Assembly (NCBI GenBank): GCA_903844815.1
Contig: CAIMVD010000161.1
Location: forward strand, 9,025-73,024
Source: an uncultured Bacteroidota bacterium
Lineage (GTDB): Bacteria; Bacteroidota; Bacteroidia; Bacteroidales; VadinHA17
DNA length: 64,000 nucleotides
Direction of reading: 5' to 3'
Shown here: in pieces, positions 28,083-37,523 of the stretch
Layout: each line of letters starts with the position of its first letter
Numbering within the stretch: position 1 is the first letter of the stretch
The notes under the pieces: model-generated
The model's input: only the letters and a program-made list of their open reading frames with translations
The model's database searches: none
Told to the model about the DNA's origin: nothing
Position numbers and translations under genes: made by a program

Positions 28083-29213
28083 ATGAGAGATATACAGATG
28101 GTTGATCTGAAGACACAATACCTGAGGTTACGCCACGAAATAGATCCGGCTATCGCTTCAGTAATGGAATCTTCTGCTTTCATAAAGGGCCCTGATGTAA
28201 GGCATTTTGAGGAAGAGCTTCAGGATTACATGGGTGTAAAACATGTAGTTACCTGTGCCAACGGCACCGATGCCCTTCAGCTTGCGCTGATGGCTCTGGG
28301 TCTGAAACCCGGTGATGAGGTCATAACTACAAATTTCACATTCATTGCAACTGTGGAAGTTGTTGCCCTCCTCGGCCTCAAACTTGTAATAGTTGAACCC
28401 GAACCGGATAGCTTTAATATTTCTGTCGATGCCGTCCGGAATGCAATCACTCCAATGACCAGGGCAATAGTACCTGTTCATCTCTTCGGCCAGTGTGCCG
28501 ATATGGAAAGCATAATGGAGCTTTCGGCAAAGCATAACCTTTTCGTCATCGAGGATGCCGCTCAGGCAACTGGTGCAGATTATATTTTCAGCGACGGTTC
28601 CAGAAAGAAGGCCGGAACCATAGGCCATATTGGAACCACCTCATTCTTCCCTTCAAAAAACCTTGGATGCTATGGCGACGGCGGAGCTCTTTATACAAAC
28701 GATGATGAAATTGCCCGGAAACTGAGAAGCATCTCGAATCATGGGATGAAAGTCAGGTACCATCATGATGATATCGGAATAAACTCAAGGCTCGATACAA
28801 TTCAGGCAGCAATTCTAAGGATCAAACTCCGGCACCTTGATCAGTTCAATTACTCAAGGATAGATGTTGCCAACCGTTACGATGAAGCCTTCGCCGGATG
28901 CACAGGCTTATCATTTCCCGGGAGAGTATCCTCTTCAACTCATATTTTCCACCAATACACCCTTAAGGTAAAAAACGGAAAGAGGGATCAGCTTAAAAAA
29001 CACCTGGAATCAAAGAACATTCCTGCAATGATATATTATCCCGGGCCGCTTCATATACAGGAAGCCTACAAATATCTGGGATATGCTGAAGATGCTTTCC
29101 CTGTTACCTCGGCCCTCTGTAATGAGGTCCTATCACTCCCGATTCATCCTGACATGGAGGAAGATCAGCTGGAATTTATAATTCAGAACGTATTGGATTT
29201 TTTTAAAATTTAA
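28083..29213 (+). CDS. wbpE: DegT/DnrJ/EryC1-family PLP aminotransferase, WbpE-type (UDP-2-acetamido-2-deoxy-3-oxo-glucuronate aminotransferase)
   Basis: 376 aa. CANGTDALQLALMALG, the TSFFPSKNLGCYGDGGA Lys region and INSRLDTIQAAIL. It aligns closely with WbpE as I remember it, and wbpD/B/A are adjacent. Confidence 0.8.
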   Translation: MRDIQMVDLKTQYLRLRHEIDPAIASVMESSAFIKGPDVRHFEEELQDYMGVKHVVTCANGTDALQLALMALGLKPGDEVITTNFTFIATVEVVALLGLKLVIVEPEPDSFNISVDAVRNAITPMTRAIVPVHLFGQCADMESIMELSAKHNLFVIEDAAQATGADYIFSDGSRKKAGTIGHIGTTSFFPSKNLGCYGDGGALYTNDDEIARKLRSISNHGMKVRYHHDDIGINSRLDTIQAAILRIKLRHLDQFNYSRIDVANRYDEAFAGCTGLSFPGRVSSSTHIFHQYTLKVKNGKRDQLKKHLESKNIPAMIYYPGPLHIQEAYKYLGYAEDAFPVTSALCNEVLSLPIHPDMEEDQLEFIIQNVLDFFKI

Positions 29214-29214
29214 G

Positions 29215-29796
29215 ATGGAGAACGGATATTTTGCCCATCCGACAGCAGTTGTTGACGAGGGCTGCACAATCGGAAATGGAACTAAGATCTGGCATTTCAG
29301 CCATATAATGAAAGACTGTGAGATAGGCGACAACTGTAATATAGGCCAGAATGTCGTAATCTCTACAGGTGTAAGACTCGGGAATAACGTGAAGGTCCAG
29401 AACAATGTCTCGATCTATACCGGGGTCATCTGTGAGGATGATGTGTTCCTCGGCCCATCGATGGTCTTTACAAACGTAATCAATCCCCGTAGCGCAGTAG
29501 TAAGGCGCGACAGTTATATGACTACCGTTGTCGGAAAGGGAGCCACAATCGGGGCTAATGCCACTATCGTCTGCGGTCACAATATCGGTCCCTATGCTTT
29601 CATCGGGGCAGGCGCCGTTGTTACAAAGGAGGTAAAGCCCTATTCGCTGGTTATTGGTAACCCGGCCCGGCATACAGGCTGGATGAGCGAATACGGTCAC
29701 AAGCTCGTGTTCGACGGCAACGGACTTTCAACATGTCCTGAAAGCGGAGAGAGATATAAACTCGAGAACGGCATGGTTTCCAGAATAATTTTGTAG
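29215..29796 (+). CDS. wbpD: left-handed beta-helix N-acetyltransferase, WbpD-type
   Basis: 193 aa. Hexapeptide repeats; the N-terminus FAHPTAVVDEGCTIGNGTKIWHFSHIM is typical of WbpD/WlbB. Confidence 0.8.
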   Translation: MENGYFAHPTAVVDEGCTIGNGTKIWHFSHIMKDCEIGDNCNIGQNVVISTGVRLGNNVKVQNNVSIYTGVICEDDVFLGPSMVFTNVINPRSAVVRRDSYMTTVVGKGATIGANATIVCGHNIGPYAFIGAGAVVTKEVKPYSLVIGNPARHTGWMSEYGHKLVFDGNGLSTCPESGERYKLENGMVSRIIL

Positions 29797-29809
29797 TTTT
29801 ATATTATAT

Positions 29810-30775
29810 ATGTTTTTAATGAATACAGGTAGTCCTAAAAATTTCGGAATGATAGGCGTTGCAGGATATATTGCTGTAAGGCATCTCCACGCTATAAAGG
29901 AGACAGGAAATAACCTGCTTGCAAGTCTTGATAAATTCGATAGTGTCGGACGTATCGACAGCTATTTTCCCGAGAGCGACTTCTTTGTTGAATTTGAACG
30001 TTTCGACAGGCATTTTGACAAACTGAAAAGAACCGGAACCCGGATAGATTATGTAAGCATATGTTCGCCCAACTATCTTCATGATTCTCATATAAGGTTT
30101 GCCCTCCGTCACCAGGCCGATGCGATATGCGAAAAACCTATTGTCCTTAACCCCTGGAACGTAGAGGCATTGCAGCAAATCGAAAAAGAGACGGGAAGGA
30201 GAATTTATACAGTTCTTCAGCTCCGTCTTCATCCCAAAATAATTGAATTGCGCGAAAGAATTAAGAACGGTCCGAAAGACAAAATTTACGACATCGACCT
30301 GACTTACATCACAAGCCGTGGCAACTGGTATTATATCTCATGGAAAGGCGACATCCAGAAATCGGGAGGCATTGCTACAAATATCGGAATTCATTTCTTC
30401 GATATGCTGGGATGGATCTTCGGCGAATCGAAAAAAAGCATAGTACACGTGAGCGAACACAACAAAACAGCAGGTTTCCTTGAACTTGAAAATGCCCGGG
30501 TAAGGTGGTTCCTTAGCCTCGACTGCAATGATATACCAACCGACCTGCTGAAAGCCGGAAAAAGAACATACCGGTCTATTACAGTTGATGGTGAAGAATT
30601 AGAGTTTAGCGAAGGATTTACCGAACTTCATACCGACTCTTACAGGGATATACTTGCCGGACGAGGTTTCGGACTTAAAGATGCCTTCCAGTCGGTCGAA
30701 ACTGCATATACGCTCAGAAATTCAAAACCTGTAGGACTCCAGGGAGATTATCATCCATTATTAAAAACGATATAA
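29810..30775 (+). CDS. wbpB: Gfo/Idh/MocA oxidoreductase, WbpB-type (UDP-GlcNAcA 3-dehydrogenase)
   Basis: 321 aa. GVAGYIAVRH, DYVSICSPNYLH, DLTYITSRGNWY, TNIGIHFFDML, RVRWFLS and RSITVDGEELEFSEGFT closely track the P. aeruginosa WbpB sequence as I recall it. Confidence 0.8.
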   Translation: MFLMNTGSPKNFGMIGVAGYIAVRHLHAIKETGNNLLASLDKFDSVGRIDSYFPESDFFVEFERFDRHFDKLKRTGTRIDYVSICSPNYLHDSHIRFALRHQADAICEKPIVLNPWNVEALQQIEKETGRRIYTVLQLRLHPKIIELRERIKNGPKDKIYDIDLTYITSRGNWYYISWKGDIQKSGGIATNIGIHFFDMLGWIFGESKKSIVHVSEHNKTAGFLELENARVRWFLSLDCNDIPTDLLKAGKRTYRSITVDGEELEFSEGFTELHTDSYRDILAGRGFGLKDAFQSVETAYTLRNSKPVGLQGDYHPLLKTI

Positions 30776-30776
30776 C

Positions 30777-32066
30777 ATGTATAACAAGCTGATCAACAAG
30801 GAGACAAAATTGTCTCTCATCGGGCTCGGATATGTCGGCCTGCCAATTGCGCTGGAATTCGCAAAACAGATTAAAGTAATAGGCTTCGACATCAAGCCCG
30901 AACGAGTCGAACTTATGAGGAATGGAATCGATCCCAGCAATGAACTTACCTCAGAGGCTTTCGGGAACTCCGATATCCTCTTTACAAGCGACCCTGCTGA
31001 TCTGAAAGAGGCTTCATTCCATATAATCGCAGTACCTACTCCTACAAATATTCATAACCTTCCCGACCTTACTCCCGTACTGAAAGCATCAGAAACTGTT
31101 GGAAAAGTACTCAAAAAAGGCGATTATGTCGTTTATGAATCAACCGTTTACCCGGGATGTACCGAAGATGACTGTATCCCTGTCCTCGAAAGATTTTCCG
31201 ACCTGAAATGCGGTGTTGACTTCAAGGTAGGATTTTCTCCCGAAAGGATAAACCCGGGCGACACAAACCATACCCTTACAAAGATCGTTAAGGTTACAAG
31301 CGGATGCGATGCCGAAGCAGCTGAAAATATTGCCAAAGTATATGAAATGATAATCAAGGCTGGCGTGCACAGGGCAAGCTCAATAAAAGTTGCGGAAGCA
31401 GCAAAGATCATTGAGAATACTCAGCGCGACATCAACATCGCATTTATGAATGAGCTCTCTATTATATTCAACCGTCTGGGAATAAACACCTTCGAAGTAC
31501 TTGAAGCTGCCGGTACCAAATGGAACTTCCTGAAGTTCTTCCCGGGACTTGTAGGAGGCCATTGCATTGGCGTTGATCCGTATTATCTTTCCTTCAAGGC
31601 CAAAGCCCTCGGTTACCATCCCCAGATGATCGATTCCGGAAGATTCGTAAACGATAGCATGGGAAGGTATATTGGTAAGCAGACCGTCAAGAAGATAGTA
31701 GCTGCTGACAAGAACCTCAAAGGTTCCCGGGTACTTGTGATGGGAATAACTTTTAAGGAAGATGTCACTGATATACGTAACTCAAAAGTTGTTGATATTA
31801 TAGCCGAACTTGAAGATTTCGGCATAAGTATTGACGTTGTTGATCCTGGTGCCGGGAAGCATGAAGTAAAGGAAGAGTATAAAATTGAGATGAAAGATCA
31901 GCCCACAGGCAAATACGATGCTATAATAGTTGCCGTAAGCCACAGGGAGTACCTGAACCTTGACGAATCCTTCTTTGATTCCCTTCTGAACAAGGATGGC
32001 CTTGTCGTAGACGTCAAGGGAATTCTGAGAGGGAAAATTAAAAATCATAATTACTGGAGCCTCTAG
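30777..32066 (+). CDS. wbpA: UDP-N-acetyl-D-glucosamine (or -mannosamine) 6-dehydrogenase, WbpA/TviB family
   Basis: 429 aa. NAD-binding IGLGYVGLP, catalytic Cys region GLVGGHCIGVDP and the UDPG/MGDP dehydrogenase three-domain layout. Confidence 0.7.
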   Translation: MYNKLINKETKLSLIGLGYVGLPIALEFAKQIKVIGFDIKPERVELMRNGIDPSNELTSEAFGNSDILFTSDPADLKEASFHIIAVPTPTNIHNLPDLTPVLKASETVGKVLKKGDYVVYESTVYPGCTEDDCIPVLERFSDLKCGVDFKVGFSPERINPGDTNHTLTKIVKVTSGCDAEAAENIAKVYEMIIKAGVHRASSIKVAEAAKIIENTQRDINIAFMNELSIIFNRLGINTFEVLEAAGTKWNFLKFFPGLVGGHCIGVDPYYLSFKAKALGYHPQMIDSGRFVNDSMGRYIGKQTVKKIVAADKNLKGSRVLVMGITFKEDVTDIRNSKVVDIIAELEDFGISIDVVDPGAGKHEVKEEYKIEMKDQPTGKYDAIIVAVSHREYLNLDESFFDSLLNKDGLVVDVKGILRGKIKNHNYWSL

Positions 32067-33098
32067 ATGAAGAAAAAAATATTGGTAACAGGAGGAACCG
32101 GTTATATAGGTTCCCATACCGCCGTCGAACTGATCGGGGATGGTTTCGAAGTTGTGATTATCGACAACCTGCATAATTCCGAAGCTGATGTTGTAGACAG
32201 AATTCACCAGATAACCGGTGTAAAGCCTCACCTTGAAATTTTTGATATTTGCAATAAGGAGAGTCTCGACAGTTTTTTCACTGCCAACAAAGATATTTCG
32301 GCCGTAATTCATTTTGCAGCCTATAAAGCTGTTGGAGAATCAGTCAGAAAACCCCTGGAATATTATCAAAACAACCTTGGCTCACTTATAAACCTTCTTG
32401 GGGCCATGAAGGAGGCCGGCATTCCGGGACTTGTATTTTCATCATCCTGCACCGTTTATGGCCAGCCCGAAGAACTTCCTGTAAATGAACAATCTCCGCT
32501 GCAGCCTGCGGAATCGCCTTACGGGAACACGAAACAGATAGGGGAACAGATAATCAGGGATACAACGCGTGCAGTCAGTACCATTAAGGCAATAGCCCTT
32601 AGATATTTTAATCCCATTGGCGCACATCCTTCCGCCCTGATAGGCGAATTGCCCAGGGGTGTTCCGGAAAACCTGGTTCCTTATATCACCCAGACAGCCT
32701 ATGGTCTTCGTGATGAACTGAAGGTTTTCGGTGACGATTTTAATACCCCCGACGGATATTGTATAAGGGATTATCTTCATGTGGTCGACCTGGCCAAAGC
32801 GCATGTAGTGGCTGTCAAACGACTTATTGAAGGAAAAAACAAATCTGATTTCGAGATGTTTAACCTGGGAACAGGGATCGGGGTATCGGTCCTGGAAGCC
32901 ATAAAATCCTTCGAACGGGCAACAGGTGTAAAGGTTAATTACAAAGTAACTGACAGACGGCCGGGCGACATCGAGAAGATATGGGCCGACCCTTCCCTTG
33001 CAAACAGGGAACTGGGCTGGAAGACTTTGAGCAGCCTCGATGAAGCTATGCTGACAGCATGGAACTGGGAAAAGAAAATAAGAAGCAATAAAGGCTAA
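32067..33098 (+). CDS. galE: UDP-glucose 4-epimerase
   Basis: 343 aa. VTGGTGYIGSH, and YGNTK as the YxxxK motif. The start abuts the wbpA stop (TAGATG). Confidence 0.85.
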   Translation: MKKKILVTGGTGYIGSHTAVELIGDGFEVVIIDNLHNSEADVVDRIHQITGVKPHLEIFDICNKESLDSFFTANKDISAVIHFAAYKAVGESVRKPLEYYQNNLGSLINLLGAMKEAGIPGLVFSSSCTVYGQPEELPVNEQSPLQPAESPYGNTKQIGEQIIRDTTRAVSTIKAIALRYFNPIGAHPSALIGELPRGVPENLVPYITQTAYGLRDELKVFGDDFNTPDGYCIRDYLHVVDLAKAHVVAVKRLIEGKNKSDFEMFNLGTGIGVSVLEAIKSFERATGVKVNYKVTDRRPGDIEKIWADPSLANRELGWKTLSSLDEAMLTAWNWEKKIRSNKG

Positions 33099-33100
33099 TA

Positions 33101-34156
33101 ATGAAAAAGACCATCCTTATAACCGGAGGGGCAGGATTCATAGGTTCGCACGTGGTAAGAAGATTCGTCAACAAATATCCGGAATACCTGGTAGTTAACG
33201 CCGACAAGCTTACATATGCCGGGAACCTCGAAAACCTTGCCGATATCGACAAGAAAGAAAACTACGCCTTCGAAAAAACCGATATTGTCGACAAGCAATC
33301 AGTATTTGATCTTTTCCGGAAATACAACTTCGACGGAGTTATACATCTTGCTGCCGAATCGCACGTCGACCGTTCAATAACGAGCCCCGATGAATTCGTT
33401 TTCACAAACATTATAGGTACGGTTAATCTTCTTAATGCTTCCCTCGAACTCTGGAAAAATGCGCCGGAAGGAAAACTGTTTTATCACATTTCAACCGATG
33501 AAGTTTTTGGATCGCTTGGCGCTGAGGGATATTTTACCGAGGTTACAGCCTACGATCCCAAGAGCCCGTATTCTGCATCCAAGGCGAGTTCCGACCATCT
33601 GGTGAGAGCATACAATCACACCTTTGGCATTCCGGCGGTAATTTCGAACTGTTCCAACAATTACGGTCCAAACCAATTCCCCGAAAAGCTAATTCCGCTT
33701 GCTATAAACAATATAAAAAACAGTAAGCCTATCCCCGTTTACGGTAAAGGAGAGAATATACGCGACTGGCTATACGTTGAGGACCATGCCTCAGCCATCG
33801 ACCTGATATTTCACAGGGGAAATAATGGTGAAACCTATAATATCGGCGGGAATAATGAATGGAAAAATATCGATCTGATTATCCTTCTCTGCAAAATTAT
33901 GGACACGAAACTTGGCCGTCAGGACGGAACATCCGAAAGACTTATAACCTACGTTAAGGACCGTCCGGGACATGATGCGAGATATGCTATCGACTCTTCA
34001 AAGCTTCAGGGTGAACTTGGTTGGTCTCCCATTCCTGAGTTCGCTGTCGGGCTTGAGAAAACGGTTGAATGGTACCTTGCAAATACAGGGTGGCTCGAAA
34101 GGGTGTTGTCGGGCGATTATGGCAGGTATTATGAGAAAATGTATGCAGGAAGGTAG
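33101..34156 (+). CDS. rfbB: dTDP-glucose 4,6-dehydratase
   Basis: 351 aa. ITGGAGFIGSH, STDEVFG, YSASKASSDHLVRAY and DRPGHDARYAID. Confidence 0.9.
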   Translation: MKKTILITGGAGFIGSHVVRRFVNKYPEYLVVNADKLTYAGNLENLADIDKKENYAFEKTDIVDKQSVFDLFRKYNFDGVIHLAAESHVDRSITSPDEFVFTNIIGTVNLLNASLELWKNAPEGKLFYHISTDEVFGSLGAEGYFTEVTAYDPKSPYSASKASSDHLVRAYNHTFGIPAVISNCSNNYGPNQFPEKLIPLAINNIKNSKPIPVYGKGENIRDWLYVEDHASAIDLIFHRGNNGETYNIGGNNEWKNIDLIILLCKIMDTKLGRQDGTSERLITYVKDRPGHDARYAIDSSKLQGELGWSPIPEFAVGLEKTVEWYLANTGWLERVLSGDYGRYYEKMYAGR

Positions 34157-34186
34157 GGATTATATCTGCCTGTAACGATAAAATAA

Positions 34187-34217
34187 GGCCGGTCAGTTTC
34201 GTAATGACCTGACCGGC
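34187..34217. terminator. bidirectional intrinsic terminator hairpin between rfbB and glmS
   Basis: ggccggtcag (34187-34196) pairs with ctgaccggc (34209-34217). It is followed by ttcttttttt on the plus strand and preceded by aaataa, which gives a U-run for the minus strand. Confidence 0.75.
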
Positions 34218-34225
34218 TTCTTTTT

Positions 34226-36061
34226 TTATTCTACTGTTACCGACTTGGCAAGGTTTCTTGGCATATCTACATTGCAGCCTCTGAGAACCGCAATATGGTA
34301 TGAAAGAAGCTGAAGTGGTATTACAGCCAGGAGCCCCGTAAATGCGGGAAGAGTTTCAGGCACCTCAAGTACATAATCGGCCATTTTTCTGATTATCTCA
34401 TCACCCTCGGTAACTATTGCAATAACATTGCCTTTTCTGGCCTTTATTTCCTGTATGTTACTTATAATTTTTTCGTAAGTGTCGTCTTTTGTGGCAACCA
34501 CAACAACCGGCATATCCTCATCGATGAGGGCAATAGGGCCGTGTTTCATCTCTGCTGCAGGGTAACCTTCGGCATGAATATAGGATATCTCCTTAAGCTT
34601 AAGGGCGCCTTCGAGTGCCACAGGGAAAAGATATCCCCTGCCAAGATAAAGTGCGTTGCGTGTATTCTGAAAAATCTTAGCCAGTTCAAGCGCCTGTTCG
34701 TTAACTTCAAGAGCCTTCTCAATTTTCCCGGGTATTGAACCAAGTTCGGTAATTAGTTCCTTATATGCTGCATCGCTCAGAATCCCTTTCTTATGTCCGA
34801 TAACAAAAGCCATCATTGCAAGCACCGTCACCTGGCTTGTAAAAGCCTTGGTTGAAGCAACGCCTATCTCAGGACCGGCATGGGTGTAAACGCCGCCATC
34901 GGTCTCACGCGGAATGCTGCTTCCTACAACATTGCAGATGCCAAGTACTTTTGCACCTTTTGAACGGGCAAGCTTAATTGCTGCAAGGGTATCGGCAGTT
35001 TCACCACTCTGACTTATGGCAATTACTATGTCGCCTTTCCTTATCACCGGATTCCTGTACCTGAATTCGGAGGCATATTCTACCTCGACCGGAATTCGGG
35101 TGTACTCCTCAAAAATATATTCACCCAGAAGACCCGCGTGCCATGAGGTACCGCAGGCAATGATAATGATTCTTTCAGCTTCCGACACCGAATCGAGAAC
35201 ATTGTGAAGCCCTCCCAGCCTTACACCGGAAAAGTCGGGAAGTACCCTTCCCCTGAAGGTATCATGGATTGCCCTGGGTTGTTCAAATATCTCCTTAAGC
35301 ATGAAATGAGCAAAGCCCTCTTTGTCTATCTCTCCAATTTTGAGGTCGAGCTCCTTTACTTCAGGCTGTACCTTCTCATTCCTGATTGTTTTGATGATAA
35401 GTTCATCCTTTTTAATAATTGCGATATCATCGTCATTCAGGTAAATAACCCTTTGAGTGAACTCAACAATAGGTGTTGCATCAGATGCAATAAAATTTTC
35501 GCCTTCGCCCACTCCGATAACCAGAGGGCTTCCTTTTCGTGCTGCAAAAAGCTTATCTGGCTCCTGAGTGCAGATAATGACAAGCCCGTAGGCCCCTTCC
35601 ACCCGGTTAAGTGCAAGGGTAATAGCCTGTTCTGCGGTGAGGTCACCTTCAAGATAGAGATGCTCGATAAGGTTTGCAAGGACTTCGGTATCAGTCTGGC
35701 TGGAGAATATTATTCCCCTGCTCTCAAGATGTTTTTTTATACGGGAATAGTTTTCAATTATCCCGTTATGGACGACGATAAAGTTTCCTTTATATGATAC
35801 CTGCGGATGGGCATTTACTTCATTGGGTTCACCGTGAGTGGCCCACCTGGTATGTCCCATACCTATTGTTCCGTTAAAATCTGATTTACTGACAAGAGCC
35901 TCAAGGTCCATTACTCTGCCCGCACACTTGAAAATCCTGGTCTCACCGTTAACCAGGGCTATGCCTGCGGAATCATATCCCCGGTATTCAAGCCTTTTCA
36001 GACCGTTCAAAATAATTTCACGGGCTTCTTTCGAACCTATATAACCAACAATACCACACAT
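34226..36061 (-). CDS. glmS: glutamine--fructose-6-phosphate aminotransferase (isomerizing)
   Basis: 611 aa. N-terminal MCGIVGY (Ntn Cys), two SIS domains, and a C-terminus ending AKSVTVE. Confidence 0.95.
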   Translation of the reverse strand: MCGIVGYIGSKEAREIILNGLKRLEYRGYDSAGIALVNGETRIFKCAGRVMDLEALVSKSDFNGTIGMGHTRWATHGEPNEVNAHPQVSYKGNFIVVHNGIIENYSRIKKHLESRGIIFSSQTDTEVLANLIEHLYLEGDLTAEQAITLALNRVEGAYGLVIICTQEPDKLFAARKGSPLVIGVGEGENFIASDATPIVEFTQRVIYLNDDDIAIIKKDELIIKTIRNEKVQPEVKELDLKIGEIDKEGFAHFMLKEIFEQPRAIHDTFRGRVLPDFSGVRLGGLHNVLDSVSEAERIIIIACGTSWHAGLLGEYIFEEYTRIPVEVEYASEFRYRNPVIRKGDIVIAISQSGETADTLAAIKLARSKGAKVLGICNVVGSSIPRETDGGVYTHAGPEIGVASTKAFTSQVTVLAMMAFVIGHKKGILSDAAYKELITELGSIPGKIEKALEVNEQALELAKIFQNTRNALYLGRGYLFPVALEGALKLKEISYIHAEGYPAAEMKHGPIALIDEDMPVVVVATKDDTYEKIISNIQEIKARKGNVIAIVTEGDEIIRKMADYVLEVPETLPAFTGLLAVIPLQLLSYHIAVLRGCNVDMPRNLAKSVTVE

Positions 36062-36116
36062 AATGAGATAGTTTTAGTACATCCAGGACGAAAATACCTA
36101 TTTTGGTTCACAAAAA

Positions 36117-37523
36117 CTAGAACTTGGTGTAGGTAAATTCAAATTTAGGCGGAGTTTTGCTATTATTAGCTTTCAGAACCACATTCTGTGTTCCTGAGGC
36201 CTGGAAAATTTCAACCTCGGGGGACAGATCATCGGTCAGATCCTTAAGATAACCCTGCAGATATGTTGCAATGTTGAAATTGTAAACACTGTCGGTGAGG
36301 CTCAGGTTGCCGTCAAAAAAGGTATGATAGGTATCTAAACTGTAATCAGGTACAACATATTTGGTGCCGTCCTTGGTCCTGTACCGTAGTATTAATTTCT
36401 GAGGTACTGTAGTTGGTTTAAAGATATCGCCATCGTACTGTACAGGAATAATAAGCCGCGCTTTGTTAATTGCAAGGCCTTCAAGAAATGATGAGTTTTT
36501 CTTCAGTTCAGCAAGACCCGGAAGCGAAATCTTTGTATAAACACCATTCAGGTTTTGCAGGTACGACAGGGTATCCAGATAGTTATCTCCGATATGATTT
36601 ATTTTTTTATTCGGGTCAGCAGTATTGTAGTCATGAAGGTACCTGTTAAATGAGGCGTTAGCATTTACAGCGTCAAGAATAAGGTAATATTCACTTGTTG
36701 TGCCTTCGGCAGTGTGCATGTAAAGGACAAAAAAGTTATTATAGTATCCTCCCGAAGAGGTAGTCTGAAGACTGAGCGAAACCACAAGAGGTGAAGTGCC
36801 CTCCGACATCTGGAAATAAAGCCCCTTGAAATATGACCTGAAGTCGGGTTTTGTATTGCTGTAGAAGAATTTTGAAGTATCGCGGATGACGTAATAACCA
36901 AACTCTACTGGTATGTCTATAGAAATTGTATTTACCGTATCAGCTTTAAGTAAGGGAATCGGAATATTGTCTATCGAGAAGTCAGACAGAGGTACTGAGG
37001 TGTTTGAATAGTAAACTGAATCAGTATAAATCTGCTTATCGATCTCAGTAATTTTAAGTGTATGTCCTGCGGTTGTAGATCCATCGCCCTTAACTGTTAA
37101 AAGATTCAGAATCAGTTTTACGGAATCTATTGTATAGCTTGCTTGTTTCCATGAACTTCCAAGACGAATCTGAGAAACAAACTCGCCCGAGGTTGATCCG
37201 AAATAGGGGTCATAAACATGTCCCAGGAACGATACTGATGGCTCATCGGTTTGAATAGGGTCGCTATACATGGTATAGGATTTAACCGACAGGGTATCGA
37301 TTGAGCTGACACCAACAAAATCCCCCGGAGGCAGAATGCGTGTGCCTATCTGAGTTGGTCCCTCTTCACAGGAAACAGCAAAAAGTATTACTGCCAGAAA
37401 GAAAACAGGCAGAAAAATGCTCTTAAAATGACGGGGAACAGAAATAAATCTGCGGAAGTTATTATTGTTAAGGTAGTATCTGGTCATAAAAATCATTATA
37501 GGCGTCAATATATTGCGTCTCAT
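36117..37523 (-). CDS. hypothetical lipoprotein (DUF4270-like by synteny and composition)
   Basis: 468-aa ORF with a lipoprotein-type signal ...FFLAVILFAVSC. It is beta-rich. My recollection is that a DUF4270 protein sits between the short glycogen-synthase-like gene and glmS in Bacteroidota. The true start is probably an internal Met (e.g. nt 37487), because the ORF overlaps the upstream gene. Confidence 0.5.
   Translation of the reverse strand: MRRNILTPIMIFMTRYYLNNNNFRRFISVPRHFKSIFLPVFFLAVILFAVSCEEGPTQIGTRILPPGDFVGVSSIDTLSVKSYTMYSDPIQTDEPSVSFLGHVYDPYFGSTSGEFVSQIRLGSSWKQASYTIDSVKLILNLLTVKGDGSTTAGHTLKITEIDKQIYTDSVYYSNTSVPLSDFSIDNIPIPLLKADTVNTISIDIPVEFGYYVIRDTSKFFYSNTKPDFRSYFKGLYFQMSEGTSPLVVSLSLQTTSSGGYYNNFFVLYMHTAEGTTSEYYLILDAVNANASFNRYLHDYNTADPNKKINHIGDNYLDTLSYLQNLNGVYTKISLPGLAELKKNSSFLEGLAINKARLIIPVQYDGDIFKPTTVPQKLILRYRTKDGTKYVVPDYSLDTYHTFFDGNLSLTDSVYNFNIATYLQGYLKDLTDDLSPEVEIFQASGTQNVVLKANNSKTPPKFEFTYTKF

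Noticed and set aside
29203-29700. 165-aa minus-strand ORF
   Set aside because: It lies entirely antisense to the well-supported wbpD hexapeptide acetyltransferase. Its translation is low-complexity with no motif. This is a typical shadow ORF of a repeat-rich beta-helix gene.
31782-32312. 176-aa minus-strand ORF spanning the wbpA/galE junction
   Set aside because: It is antisense to two strongly supported genes and has no motif. The same reasoning applies to the other long antisense ORFs: 28158..28628, 24339..24740, 40183..40605 and 43576..44070.
35204-35797. 197-aa plus-strand ORF
   Set aside because: It is fully nested antisense within glmS, whose translation is unmistakable. It has no start context and no recognisable domain.
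36062-36116. glmS ribozyme upstream of glmS
   Set aside because: Only 55 nt separate glmS from the upstream gene, which is too short for the ribozyme, and no conserved core is visible.
37468-37523. 56-nt overlap between the GT5-like gene and the downstream lipoprotein ORF as a possible frameshift or fusion
   Set aside because: It is more simply explained by the lipoprotein starting at an internal Met (nt 37496 or 37487). The hydrophobic signal peptide begins well downstream of the overlap.
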